60,000 nt of DNA. Origin: Lytechinus pictus. Its lineage: Eukaryota. The translations under genes were made by a program, and so were the position numbers. Positions 24,101 through 37,643 of the stretch are shown piece by piece (positions within the stretch are counted from its first letter, which is position 1; each line of letters begins with the position of its first letter). Location: the NCBI RefSeq assembly GCF_037042905.1, contig NC_087250.1:18478001-18538000 (forward strand), in the 5' to 3' direction. The notes under the pieces were generated by a model. That model searched no databases, had not been told where the DNA came from, and was given only the letters and a program-made list of their open reading frames with translations.

Positions 24101-27100
24101 TGTGTCGTATAAAAAGAGAAATATTCATTAACAAGAATAATGAATACTGGTATTTCAATGCTTTTTTTTTAAGTTCCAAGTTTATTTTAAATTCTACTTT
24201 ATAGCAATTACTTAACAGCTTTACACAGTAGACAAAATATGAAGATTAACAATACAAAACATGCAAAATCGTTAGAGTGGAATTGTGTATTTTTTCATAT
24301 CTCTTCAAGTACAAGTACTAAGGAAATGGAGGGATTCACTAAAAAAAGGGAAAATGTGTACTATGTGCTAACATTTTTACCCTTTCCCCTCTCTTTCTCA
24401 ATAAATATAGGAAAACATGTCATGTAGGTCTATCATGAATCAATGTATTTTCTTGGAGAGCATTATGAAGGGAACTTAATCACCAAAATGTGATGATTTG
24501 AATACATGTTGGACTAATACCCAGTACTGATAACAGGAAAAGTCTAAAGCAAAAGTGGTAAAAAAATGCATAACATAAAATACAAAAACTTCTCAATTTG
24601 ATATCATGAGCATTATGCATTTCCACTCATAATCGCCCCACCCCCACCCCAATTTTTTATAAAGGAAATAATTTGGCAAAACTGAAGTTTGTGGGTCAAA
24701 TAAAACTGGCATATTGCCATTTGTTGTAGTAAATTACACCAAATTTCTTGCACAGCATGCATGAAGTCAGATTTCACATGCTTTACACATAATGAACTTT
24801 TTTTAGCCTTGATACTCTCAAGTAATTGTTACTGATCTCATATTTGGGTCCAGATAAATAGAGCATGAAATTGGCCTATTGAACTGCACATGAACTATTC
24901 ACCACATGCAAGTAGAGTGTACTACTTTTACAGTGAAATAATAAACAAGGAGAAAGAAAGGGAAAAGGAGAGTAAAGGAAAAGGAGAGAGAAAGGGGAAT
25001 TAAAATATGAAACAGAGGGTGGGGTAGGGATAGTGTGTGGATATTGTATGCAGACCCACATACATGTACAAAAGTGCTATTAACTCCTCAATAATTTAAG
25101 GGAATATTTCACTAATCAGTATTAATTGAGATCAATGAACAATATTTTGGAAAGTGAATTATTCAATCACATATTAGATTGTGATTATTATAACCACAAT
25201 GATCATAACAATTTATAATGGTCATTTTTATGATTAGGATAATGACAAAATATTATATTCAGGAAGGAAAGAGAATAACAAACAAAATGTTATTTTTTTG
25301 AAAAGCCAAGTTCATTTGGACTGTTGCAAGAAACTTGCAATCAATTGTTAGTCAATTTCTATAACCAAATCAATCTCTATAACCAAATCAATCACAAGTC
25401 TTGTAATTGATTGCAAATTTGTAACTGATTGCTGGTCTGTTTCTTGCTTCATTTTGGTAAATTGATTGATTTGCTTTTTTAGACCTAGTTAAAATTGGTC
25501 TATCACTTGTAAGTTTGTGACTTGCATTTGCAATTGATTGCAAAGAACTTGCAACACACACTTTAGGCAACAAAAATTGTGATTCAGAAATTACCAACTG
25601 GATAAACAAAAGCTGGTTTCGAATTGCATTTGTATCAAACTTGGATGTTGTTTATGAAGAAATCTGATTAAATTGAGAATGATTGCGGTAGACCTACCAC
25701 TATGGCTCTGTTTTAACACAGACTTATTAACAATTAGATTCAAAGTTGACACAAGTCATAGAAGATTGTGGAGTCTTTGGATTAAAGGAATAAAATGGCA
25801 AAAAACATTTGGGAGACTTATTCTTCAAAATAAGCAAGCTCTTTAATGTTCAGGTTTCAAGTTGAGGCATAACTTCAAACAATTATAACAAACATTTTTT
25901 TTTATGGGGTAGCGGTAGGGGTATTTGAAGTAGTAGGTACATATTCTATAGAATCATTTACTAGTATGACAAAGAAGCTGATTACATTATTGTCCCCACC
26001 TCCCGATCTTAATACCTGAACTGGAGGGGGAAAAAAGAAAACAAAAAGCCACTGCCCAGAGGACAGAGAATAAACCTCCATATAAATACCACAAAGTCAA
26101 CTTGGCCAATCTTTTTGATGAAACGGTCTGGATTAGGGTTTAAAAGTTAGGCAACAGAAACCCGTTAAAGAATAGAGGTGATGTTTGCCGAGTGGGGTCG
26201 AAACCTTGGCATAAACAAACACAAGCGCCGGAGATAATGGCGCGAGAACACACGAGGTTGCGCTGCAAAAGCCGCTTCATCAAACGAGGCGTCGGCGGCA
26301 GCGGCAGCAGTAGATCTCCCGGCGGCCCAGCCGCCGACGAAAAGAGATCTTCCGAAAGCGCTGGTCACGCCACGTCGTGAGTTAAAGCGCTCGCACCTCT
26401 TGCCAGGCAATTACACATTAAACTTTTCAGGTCTCGAGTCTTAAGAATTAGAGGTCTTTCGCAAAAATCTAAATAATGAATTCTTTTAAGAAAAAAACAA
26501 CAACAATAACAAACTTCAACAACAATTTTTGTTTCAAACACAACCATACCATATAAAAGCTAGATATTACCACATCTCACTCAGACCTCAGTAACAAGTC
26601 AATACAAGAACGTTTGGTCCTGCCTTGACCTTGGCCTATCTTTGACTTTGGAAGTTTGACAGCAACATTAACATGAAAAAGAAGACTGATTTTTACATAG
26701 GCCCCTACACTTTTATTTTTTTTCATTTGATATTGTTATTTATTATAAAATAAAAATATTTCTAGGAACATAGACAATATCTTTTTTATCAATATTGCTC
26801 TTGATTAGATCTAGATCTATTAAGTCTATAACCTATTATTTAGACAAAATTAGAAATCTAGATCTAAATCATACATACAAATTTACAATGAATAATCAAT
26901 CAATATCACTCAGGTCTGGAAAATAAGTCTCTCTTACTTCACATGGAAAATCAGTATTCCAGTAAAAGTACACTTGGCTATTGTTTAATACTAATATATA
27001 ATACTAATGTTACTGTTTAATACTAATACTTTAGACTTAGTTTAGGCCCAACATTAGTCGAATAGGCTTTCAACTTTCAACTCAACTTCTAAAGTCTCAA

Positions 27101-27260
27101 CCTTAGTTAGTTTTAGGTTCGGTATTTTCTTTTTTTTTACTGACATAGACTAGGGCCTACGACTCAGAGGTCTTGCAAATTTTTCAAATGTTAGATCTAT
27201 CTGAATTAAGTCCCAAGTCTAACCTTAAGTTAGTATTTTATGAAAAAAAAAGGAACTCAC

Positions 27261-27953
27261 CGATCTCATGACGTCTTCATCGACATCTTGCTCTGGCTCG
27301 GCCCAGTCTACCATAATCTGATGTCCCCAGAGTTGAATTCGTCCAGGGATGAGCTTGCGTCGAGCCATGGCTGCAGCACGATGATTCTCGTATTCGACGA
27401 AGGCAAATCCACGATTTTTCGCCTTGTCGTTGACGGATGGGTATACGATAACGTCGACGACTTGCTCCGTCACTTTAGCCATCTCGGCAAGGATTTCTTC
27501 TTGTTTCTTGTTCTTGGGGATGCCGCCAACGAACAACCGGCAATTGTCGACAGATGGGCAAACTCCCAAATATCGCCCCTTTCGGATCTCATAATTGTTG
27601 AGCTGTTTCACCGCTTTCTTTCCATCTTCTCGATTGGTGTACATCACGAAAGCATATCCGCGATTGCTGCCGCTAAAGTCCATCATCAAACGTAATTCGT
27701 AGATTTTTCCAATTTTCATGAAGACGGGAACAAGTTCATCCTCGAATAAATCTCGGGGGATTTTTCCAACGAAGACTTCGCAACCCCGGCTTGGTTGCGT
27801 GCCTTCCCAGCCCGGGGGAGGTCCTCCATATTTACGCTGCCCATTCTCCTGAACGATGTGGTAGCCGGTGCGCTCCATCAAAGTCAGGAGAGCTGCCTCG
27901 TTTCGAGCACCAGAAATTCCCTCGGGGTTTGACTTATTTGGTGATCCTTCCAT
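27261..27953 (-). CDS. A1CF: A1CF-like RNA-binding protein, coding exon 1 (RRM1 + RRM2)
   Basis: ORF with [52 protein letters not shown] and [15 protein letters not shown], typical of the hnRNP-R/Q-A1CF-RBM46/47 family. Ends at ...ATG AGA TCG|GTGAGT donor (phase 0). Confidence 0.93.
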
Positions 27954-28129
27954 CTTCTTCTAATCTCGCTACGAAAAATCACAATTACAAGAGTTGAGTT
28001 GATTGTGATTTGAAATCTAGCCGGGATGATTATGGCTGAAATTGTGATGATCACTGGATTTTGATCCCCAATCAATTAGTGCTGATCCGATATCGCGGCG
28101 ATTTCTTATCAATTTTGAGAGCTAGCAAA

Positions 28130-28190
28130 GCGCGCGCGCAGAACAAACAAAACGTCGGCTGCTACTCGCTATTTAAAATATAGCTCCCAG
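28130..28190 (-). promoter_or_regulatory. Putative core promoter of the A1CF-like gene
   Basis: Minus strand reads CTATATTTTAAATAGCGAG (TATA-like) about 220 nt upstream of the ATG, next to a CpG-rich (GC)n stretch. An upstream non-coding exon cannot be excluded. Confidence 0.4.
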
Positions 28191-28200
28191 ACAGTACCAG

Positions 28201-28937
28201 GGGCCCGTAACACAAAGCTTAGCAATGATCGTAGAAACACCTTTCTACGATTGATTCAATTGACTACAGTACACAATCAATCGTAATAATCAAGCGTACA
28301 ATTTATCGTTAAAGGTCAAGTCCACCTCAGAAAAATGTTGATTTGAATCAATAGAGAAAAATCAGACGAGCACAATGCTGAAAATTTCATCAAAATCGGA
28401 TGTAAAATAAGAAAGTTATGACATTTCAAAGTTTCGCTTATTTTTAACAAAATAGTTATATGAACGAGCCAGTTACATCCAAATGAGAGAGTCGATGACA
28501 TCACTCACTCACTATTTCTTTTGTTTTTTATTGTTTGAATTATACAATATTTCAATTTTTACGGATTTGACGATTAGGACCTCCTTGCCTGAAGCACAAA
28601 ATGTTAAAATAATGGAATTCCACGTGTTCAGGGAGGAATGAAACTTCATTTCACATGACAATGACGAGAAAATCAAAATATTTCATATTTCATATAATAA
28701 AAAACAAAAGAAATAGTGAGTGAGTGACATCATCGACTCTCTCATTTGGATGTAACTGGCTCGTTCACAGAACTATTTTGTTAGAAATAAGCTAAACTTT
28801 AAAATGTCATAACTTTCTTATTTTACATCCGATTTTGATGAAATTTTCAGTGTTATGCTGGTTGAATTTTTCTCTTTTTATTCAAATCACGTTTTTGTTG
28901 GGGTGGACTTGTCCTTTAACCTTTGTGTTACGGGACC
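28201..28937. mobile_element. Harbinger-like MITE containing a nested Kolobok-like MITE
   Basis: TIR gggcccgtaacacaaag / ctttgtgttacgggacc, TSD CAG. Confidence 0.8.
28313..28915. mobile_element. Kolobok-like MITE (TTAA TSD)
   Basis: ttaa|aggtcaagtccacc ... ggtggacttgtcct|ttaa with long imperfect inverted arms. Confidence 0.85.
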
Positions 28938-29636
28938 CAGGTCGAAGAAAATAAATGTCGAAACGTCTTCTTCCTTCAACTCTTTATTCACATAGTGACT
29001 TTATTCTCTCATCCATTTCATAATTCTCATCTCCTCCTTCCTTCCTCTTCCTCCTCTTTCTTCTTCTTCTTTTACTTCTTCTTCTTCTTCAACTTCTTTT
29101 TAAAACTCTTCTTTATTGACCACTTTTGTTTTCCCTTCCATATTTTTTCTCATTGCATGTCTGCCCCTACAGGGAAAGCGCGGGGGGGGGGGGGGTTCAG
29201 CCCCCCATATTTTCCAGACCCGTGTTAAAAAACGTAAAAATGATTATGATTGTGATTTTCTGCATGGTCAGCCCCCCCCCTTAAAAAATCGTTCCACGGC
29301 CCCTATGCATTAACCCTCTTCTCTTTCTATTCCCCATGTCTGCTTTCAACTTGTTTCTCATCCCTTCTTTTGTTTTCCATTTTCAAAGATGTGTTTTTGG
29401 TTCGGATTTAGATAAACCTAGATTTAGACATATATCAAATCAACAATTCTAAATGTTCATGTTTTCCCCACTTTATATAAAACTGCTTTATTTTCTCATG
29501 TTCATTCTTTAGTGTATGCGCTACAGCACGAACACTGAAACAGGGTCTATTTTTTTCTCCTGATATTAAAATATTGAGCGCTGATGTTTTTAAGTGCATC
29601 AATGGAAATATCTTTCCCAATTCTGACATGTGTTCA

Positions 29637-30230
29637 AGGACAAGTCCACCCCAACAAAAAGTTGATTTGAATAAAAAGATAAAATTCCAACAAGCATAAC
29701 ACTGAAAATTTCATCAAAATCGGATGTAAAATAAGAAAGTTATGACATTTTAAAGTTTCGCTTAATTTCACAAAACAGAAATTATATGCACATCTTGGCT
29801 GGTATGCTAATGAGGATATTATGACGTCATCCACTCACTATTTCTTTTGTATTTTATTATACGAAATGTGAAATATTCTAATTTTCTCCTCATTGTCAAG
29901 TGATACAACGATTAATTCTTCCCTGAACATGTCGAATTAGCGTTGTTTAATACCATATGGCTCAGTCAAGTTGGTCCTTATTGTCAAATCTATAAAAAAT
30001 GAAATATTGTATAATTGAAACAATTAAAAACAAAAGAAATAGTGAGTGATGGACATCATCGACTGACTCGCCTAGTTGTGCATATCACTATTTTGTGAAT
30101 AATGAGCGAAACTTTAAAATGTCATAACTTTCTTATTTTACATCCGATTTTGATGACATTTTAAACACTATGCTAGTTTGATTTTTCTCTATTTATTCAA
30201 GTCAGTATTTTCCTGGGGTGGACTTGACCT
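29637..30230. mobile_element. Kolobok-like MITE, same family
   Basis: aggacaagtccacccc ... ggggtggacttgacct|ttaa. Confidence 0.85.
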
Positions 30231-32413
30231 TTAACTTGGAGAAGACCGTCACGCGAAATTATTGAAAATATATTAAACCCCCGGGATTAAACCACAGCGA
30301 GTTAAAACCACAGCGTTGGATACACTATATAGTATGAGTAAAACCTTGCGAGATCAAAGAATGACGCCAAAAGCCTATAGCCACGTGGGTGTAAACATTA
30401 TGGAAAAGAGGACACGCCCCCTAACCATGCTAACTCAAGTGCAGAAACTGACACGGCTCGCTCGCTCTTTCTTTCTTTCATTCTTTCTTTCCTTCCTTCC
30501 TTCTTCCTTTCTTTCTTTCTTTCTTTCCCACTCCCATTCTTTTTTTCCTTTCTTTCTTTCTTCAATTTCTTCCATTTCTTTCTTGCCTTCCTTCCTTTTT
30601 TTTTCAAGTTTTTTTTATTCCCTCTCTCCCCCTCTCTCTTTCCGCCTCTCTTTCCCTATTTTTGAACGCAGATGGTGAATGAAGATAACGAAGAAACTGG
30701 GATGAAGAAATAAAAAGGTAGACAAAGAAAACTCAACAGGAATCAAAAGTGTTATAAGTAAGACAGAAGAAGACTGGAGAAAAAAGAAAGAAAATGGATG
30801 AGAATAATAAAGAACAGAAGACGAACAACATTAAGGTCGAATCAGTTTTTGAAAATGAAGAAAAAAAATGCAAACTGATAAAGATCAAAGGGTCCCCCTT
30901 GACCTTTCAGCAGAGATTATAGTTCGAATCCCAAGCAGTGATTTAATAGATTTATGATTAACCAGAATGTTTACCAAACAGGCCTCCTTATCATTGTTTT
31001 GAATGGAATTTGTTCTTTCATGATCATTTTCTTACCGAAGGGCAATCCACAATTCACTGCAAAAACACCGATGTTGACTTGACACCAGGGTGAGCCCGGT
31101 ATCAATACTTATGGTAAATCAATGACACCGGAGTTTTTGCAGTGTACGACTATACCAGTTTACAACGTTGTACAGAATAATAGACGATCCGACAAGAAAG
31201 GAATCATAGTTTAATCAGAAGAGACAAAAAGCAATGTTTGATTTGCCATCGAAGAGATGGATAATTTTGTAAAGTAAATTCGCCACAAGTTGTGAATTAA
31301 TTACCCCAACCATTACAACACGGTATATAATTATTATGTGCCTATAACACCTCCGGTTTTATGCATTATAAATCTTTAAAGATTGATTACTAAAGGGGGA
31401 TTAACCCCGGCTATATGTTGGTTTTATATAATAAACATGAAAAAAGAGAGGAGAAAAATACTTGTGACAGTTTGATGAAAATCATCAAAGAATAAGTGAG
31501 TAATTGTTGAAAATGTTAAATGTTTTGTTTGCTAAGCTTTATTTTTTTAATATTGCTTTTAGTCACAATAACTCTGATCTGTCTTAATAAGCTGAAAATA
31601 TTGTAATTTTACCTCGATTATGACTTTATTATTTAATAAAATATACAAATATTCTTTTAAATGTTAAATTCGTGACGTCATAATTATATCATGCAAATAT
31701 AAATTCAATTTTTAGCGGAACATTAAAGCATGGACCTGGGAAGCAGTGGTGCTGGGGTAGTATTTATTTTCTATGGGCAGCGTTCCGTGAAATTATGTGG
31801 TAGGTGAGACAAAATAAATAAATATGACCAAGAGGACCTACATTTTGCAGGGGCCGCGGAACCGGGGGGGGGGCTGGGGGGCTTCAGCCCCCCCCCCCCA
31901 CTTTTTTCCAAAACCGTGTACAAAAACGCAAAAATGACCATACGATTGTGATTTTCTGCATGGTCATGCAGCCCCCCCCCCTCTTTTGGCTCAGCCCCCC
32001 AACCCCCCCACTTTGAAAACCGTTCCGCGGCCCCTGTTTTGTATTGAAACTTTTTTACTTGTCAAATTTACATCGGCACCCCTGCAAAAATCGTTTCCAG
32101 GGCCTGGAATAAAGGTATTTTTCTTATATACATAGAAGGGGTATGAAATGACGTGTGGTTGTGTCTTATGGTATATAATTCCCCACACTCATTAATATCG
32201 CTTCCATTTTTTTTAAAAGGAAAACGCATATTTTGTAGTTTATATCACATGACGTCTGGAGGCATGCAGTGCCCTGGGAACGATTTTTATAACAGGGGTG
32301 CTGGTTTAACTTTGGGAAGGAAAAAAAAGGGAGGGAGAATACGTTTTCACTACAAAATTAAGGTGATTTTGTTACATTTCTGCTATATATTTAGCATATA
32401 AAATATACCTATA

Positions 32414-33394
32414 CAGTGGGTATCAAAAAAAAGTTTACACTTTGAAAAAGCCCTGGGAATTAAAAAATATACAACATGTGGGTAATTTTTTCACATATAA
32501 TCTTAGGTTTGTGTCTCATCTATCCAATGAAAGTTTTGACAGAATGTTACACTTGAGTGAGCACTGTCCATTTTTGTAAAGCTCGCAGAAATCTGTTTGC
32601 GCAGAAATGCTCGTTTTCACGCTGTGTCAAGGGGAAAGGGCGAAATCAAAGTTACCCTGCGAAACATTTCTCATACATTTCCCTTGCACTTTTAGTCAAT
32701 TGAAATAAAACAGATACATTCAAGCATTTTGTAACAATTTTCCCACCAAAATTGAAATTTCAACACTCAGTAAGCACAACCTTTACCCTTTTTGTGCCAG
32801 CTGAATCTGAGGACATAACTAAATCTGAACAAAAGTTTATATCAGACATCTCCAGCATTTATTCACTAAGTTTTTATCATTTAAAGTGGGCTTACATTTC
32901 ATTTTTTTATTTAATATTTGTTTCTCCACACCTTTTCCAAGTTTGACAATGATTAACATAATGAAAATCAAGCCTAAGCCATTTCATGTAAATCACGGCT
33001 CAGTGTAAAGCAAATATCGTCACGATGGCCTCGGTGTGTGGGGGAGTGGGGTGGGGCGCAATGCACTGTTCGAAGTGTTTTTGGGCAAGGAAACTAGTTA
33101 AAAAGGTAAAAGATATCTTCAAATCAATTTTATTAGCTAAATTCAATGTGTTCTTCATGATTAAGGTCTACTTTTATTCGCATAACTATTTCAAAGTTCT
33201 GCGCAAATCATTTTTCACTAATTTTTCAAAAGTAAGGGGTGCTCACTCAAGCGGAAATATTTTTCGACAGTTATATCGTCATTTGCTTTAATGGATCTGT
33301 ACCAATGTTAAAATGTGGAAAAATCTTCAGGATATTACAGATGTATAATTTTACAGGATTTTTTCTAAGTGTAAACTTTTTTTGATACGCACTG
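32414..33394. mobile_element. Tc1/mariner-like non-autonomous element
   Basis: TA|cagtgggtatcaaaaaaaagtttacactt ... aagtgtaaactttttttgatacgcactg|TA. Confidence 0.85.
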
Positions 33395-34130
33395 TATATC
33401 AGATTTTCAGGGGGTGCTGCCTATGGTAATAACACCTCCGCACCCCCGTTTAAACAAGTGTTTAAAATCTTAAACAACGAAGTTTAAAATTCTAATATTT
33501 AATTATCAGTAATTTAAGCATGGTTGTTTAAGATTCTAAACACTTGTTTAAACTGTTTAAACAACTACTGTGCGATTCACATATAAACAGCGTTGTTCAA
33601 ATTATTTTTAACAGTGTTCGCGCTGGCATCATGAGATATGTATCTTTTTCATGAGTCACTGCAAACAGTCCTTATAACAGGTCCTTTTTCAAAACAGAAT
33701 ATTAAAAGGTTCAGCTCGCGTTTTGCGCTCGCATTAATTTCTGAATTAGATACCCATCCTCTTCATGATCAAAAACACCTCAGAAAGTTCAATTTTCCGG
33801 ACAAAGCACATTGAAATTTTCAACAATTTTAGTGGGTTTTTTTTAACCCTGTTATAAGGGCTTATCGAGATATACAAGTATCTTGTTTCAGGCCCTATAT
33901 GGGAATAATCAAAGCTACAGAAGTAACCGTTTGTGAATACCCTTCAAAAAAAGAAAAACAACAATAAAAATCAACTTTTAGCGGCCGATTTGGGGAAAAT
34001 GTGGATGAAAACCTCCCCCCCCCCCTTGGCGAAAGCTGGATCCGCCCCTGTGTTTATTACACGAACTATACCATGCATATAGGGTATAGGATTAAACAAC
34101 AAAGTTATAGATTCTAGATATTTAATTTAA

Positions 34131-34352
34131 CCGGTCATGTTGGCTCAGTGGTAGAGCGTCCGCCTCATGAACGGGAGGTCGTGGGTTCGATCCTCGGCCG
34201 AGTCATACCAAAGACTTATAAAATGGGACCTTCTGCCTTCTTGCTTGGCGCTCAGCATTTAGACAGGTTATGCAGGGCCCGCTGGAAGAGCAGTCTTATG
34301 ATTGAAATGGCTACCCTGGGTGAATAAAACGTTATTATTATATTATTATTAT
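34131..34352 (+). mobile_element. tRNA-derived SINE
   Basis: TGGCTCAGTGGTAGAGC A-box, GGTTCGATCC B-box, non-tRNA body gtcataccaaagac..., (TTA)n tail. Confidence 0.82.
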
Positions 34353-34477
34353 TCTCCAATAAGTATGGTTGAGTTAAAAAAGTTTATATCGTATAGTGAA
34401 CAGCATTGTATTAATATTTTAACAGCGTTTTTACCATGTTTGAGTGATCAAGTTTCGTACCTCTCTGCCGCCCAAAG

Positions 34478-36977
34478 CAGTGGCGTACCTGGCATATTTC
34501 GTCAGAGGGGGGGGGGGGGGGAGCAAGCGACAAGGATGAGCAAGGTGGGGGGGGGGGGGGTAGTAGGTATGGACGTATAGGCACATTTTTTCAAGGGAGG
34601 GGGGGGGGGCTGATAATCATTGCCCAAATATCAACTTCACAGTTTTTAATTTTCGAGATTTTTTACATGATTTGAAACGTGCAGAAATTATACATTCGGT
34701 CATAAAATTACCAATACACGAGGATATTTGTGCACCTTGTAGTCCTCGTTGTCCTGCATTTTGCAGCCCACCCCCCCCCCCCCCCATTCACGTTTGGATG
34801 CATGTGTAGGTCTGGAAGTGGCACTGAATGTGGGAAATGCTACCTAGGGCTTGCCCAATAAAACAGTTGGGATCTTGCTACTACTGATATTTGCTATCGG
34901 GCGATTGCACTTTATTGTCGAAATCAATTCTTTTTTGTATATCATTCCAGAAATGAAATGTATTGGATCGTGATCGATATATTTCTAATCAAGTGGTAAT
35001 TGCAATATTTATATTAATTATACTTCTTTTATTCCTCTTTGAAGGTGTTTACATTATGTTCCCGCCCAATTCTGCTCATTTGGAGACGTTATAAAAGAGG
35101 TATTTGACACTGAAATCTATTGTATTCATGTATTTATTTGCTTTTGTTTTATTTCCATATACAGTTAAAACAAAAATAAATGCATCCATTCACTAAAAAA
35201 AAAAAATATGAACGTGAAAATATATGCGACAGTAACACGATATATCACTAGATATGGGGAAAATCACTCACTCACTGGCAGGAATGTCAAAAGGTTTAGG
35301 GAATTGAAATTGAAAAATAATAATTGCGAGCGCGAAGCGCGAGTTGAATTTCTTCCTAAAAATTTAGACCTAAATCGATACATTTTGTGCACTTAATTAT
35401 GAACAGGATGGGTATCTTCCTTAATAAATTATGCGAGCGCGAGCTTAAAATTTTGATATTCCTAACTGGACACTAGACATTCTAATAAGCAGTTTTACAG
35501 CATGGGTATCTAGTATTGCGGGTGCGAAGCGCGAGCTAAAACTTTTGATATTCCGACTTAAGAACTGGATATTCTAAGCACTTTTAGTAACCATGAACAA
35601 ATTGGTTTCTAACTGAATAATTAATTGATGCGAGCGCGAAGAGCGAGCTGAAAATGTGAGATATCCCCCCCCCCCCTGAAAAATGGACATTCTAAGCACC
35701 CTTTTTTCTTACTTTGAACAAGATGGTAGTTAAAAACAATTAATTGGTGTGAGCGCGAGCTGATAATTTTTGATATTTCGACCTGAAAACTTTACATTTT
35801 AAGCATTTCATTTAATTTTGAACAGGATGGAATTTTATGCTAGTGCGCAGCAAAGCTCGAGCTGAATTTTTTGATATTCCGACCTAACATTCTAAGAACC
35901 TGATATTCTAAGCAATTTTTGTAACCGTGAACCAAATAATTGGTTTCTAATGATATATTTTTGATATTTTATATTCTGACCTGAAAACCGGACATTCTAA
36001 GCACTTCATTTAACTATGAACAGGATGGATATACCTAAACAGTTATAAGTGAGCACAAAGCGCGAGCAGAATCGGCCTAAGAATTGGATATTATAAGCAC
36101 TTTTTGTAACCGTGAACAAATTGGTTTCTAACTAATAAATTGACCTGAATTTTTTTCGATATTTCAACCTGAAAGTATATAGGTATATCCAACTAAAAAA
36201 TTGACGCGAGCGCCATTTTTTATTCTTATGATTATATTACCTAAAAGTTGTTCTCTGCTCTTTTCCTGTCCCTGGTCAGCCCAGTCCGTCCTCACCAGTG
36301 GCGTACCTAAGATTTTCCACAGAGGGGGCAAAATCGGCCGCCAAAAAATTTGACAAGCAAAAAAAAAAAAAAAAAAAAAGGTCTTCAATACAAAAATAAA
36401 GGTTTTCGTACCAGATAAAAAATTGAAAATTGACAAGCAAAAAAAAAAAAAAAAAAAAAAAAAGGTCTTCAATACAAAAATAAAAGTTTTCGTACCAGAA
36501 AAAAATTTGACAAGCAAAAAAAAAAAAAAAAAAAGGTCTTCAACCTCGTCAGGGGGGGGGGGCAATAAAGGTCTTCAAGCTCGTCAGGGGGGCAGAGTGC
36601 CCCCCCCCTGCCCCCCCCCCGTAGGTACGCTAGTGGTCCTCACTATCGGTACGGAGAGCTCTAAAAGTCGCATTGCGTAAAATCACAATTTACCGATAAA
36701 AGTGTACAGTTTAATTGACATTTACCGACAAAGATTGTGAAACTAAAAAACCGAATCAGAGTGGAACAGCACCTTGTGCCCGACAGTTTATCATTTTATC
36801 CGACAATCTGCAGTCCAGTTTTTGTTTTCCCCTTTCTCTTAAACTTTTTCTTTTTTTTTCCTTACCCCCTTTTTTCTCTATCCTTTTTCCTCTTGTCTTT
36901 TTTCGCTTCCCTTTTTTTGCTTGTGACTCGTCAGGGGGGCAGTCTGCCCCCTGCCCTCCCCCTTAGTTTCGCTAGTG
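34478..36977. mobile_element. Older hAT-like element with internal gcgagcgcgaagcgcgagc tandem units
   Basis: cagtggcgtac ... gtttcgctagtg ends, degenerate 8-bp TSD (gcccaaag/caccaaag), repeat array ~35327-36210. Confidence 0.6.
36296..36635. mobile_element. Young hAT-like MITE
   Basis: cagtggcgtaccta / taggtacgctagtg, perfect 8-bp TSD GTCCTCAC, three internal ttgacaagc(A)n-ggtcttcaa repeats. Confidence 0.88.
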
Positions 36978-37196
36978 CACCAAAGCGTCTACCGGCATAA
37001 TTATTTTCAGTTTAATTCACTTGTTCTGTCAGTGGACAAGTTTTTTCTCCTCTCACTTTTTTTTAATAGATTACTTCGACAATATTGTCATATACGAAAA
37101 ATAAATGTTTGTAAACATGATGCACAATATTTTGAACATCCGTCACACTTTGAAATCACCTTTCTATTATACGTTTCAAGTACGATGATGCCTTCC

Positions 37197-37643
37197 CCCG
37201 GGGGGGGGGGGGCAGTCAAATATATTGCTGTATACACAGGCGTGACCAAAAAACGCATTTACAGGGGTGTTTTTTCAGTTTTGGACGCGGTCGATCCGCG
37301 CGCTTGGACTCGTTCAGGGTATCAAAAACACCGATTTTCAAGAAAAAGGGTGGTTTTGAAAGACTGGTCAATGGTCAATCGCGGGGTCAAACATATTTTA
37401 AGGTATTTTTTCCCCCAAAGCTTTTTTTATAAGACTAGCCAAACGTGTTAAGGGTATGTTTTTTCCCCAAAACTTTTTCCCCGAGGTCATACTTTGGCGA
37501 CATCTTGTTAAGGGGCCAAAATGTGTAAATAAAGCCCGCGAAAAACTTGTTTAGGGGGGTATTTTGCACACAGAGAAAAACTCGTTTGGAAATTTCTTGG
37601 TCACGCGTGTGTACAGAAATATATTTGACTGCCCCCCCCCGGG
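37197..37643. mobile_element. MITE with CCCGGG-(G)n termini
   Basis: gcagtcaaatatattgctgtatacacaggcgtgacc is inverted to ggtcacgcgtgtgtacagaaatatatttgactgc. Confidence 0.8.

Noticed and set aside
27240..27695. 151-aa + strand ORF
   Set aside because: Antisense shadow of the A1CF-like exon 1.
34131..34205. tRNA gene
   Set aside because: Has A/B boxes but runs into a SINE body and (TTA)n tail, without a clean acceptor stem or poly-T terminator.
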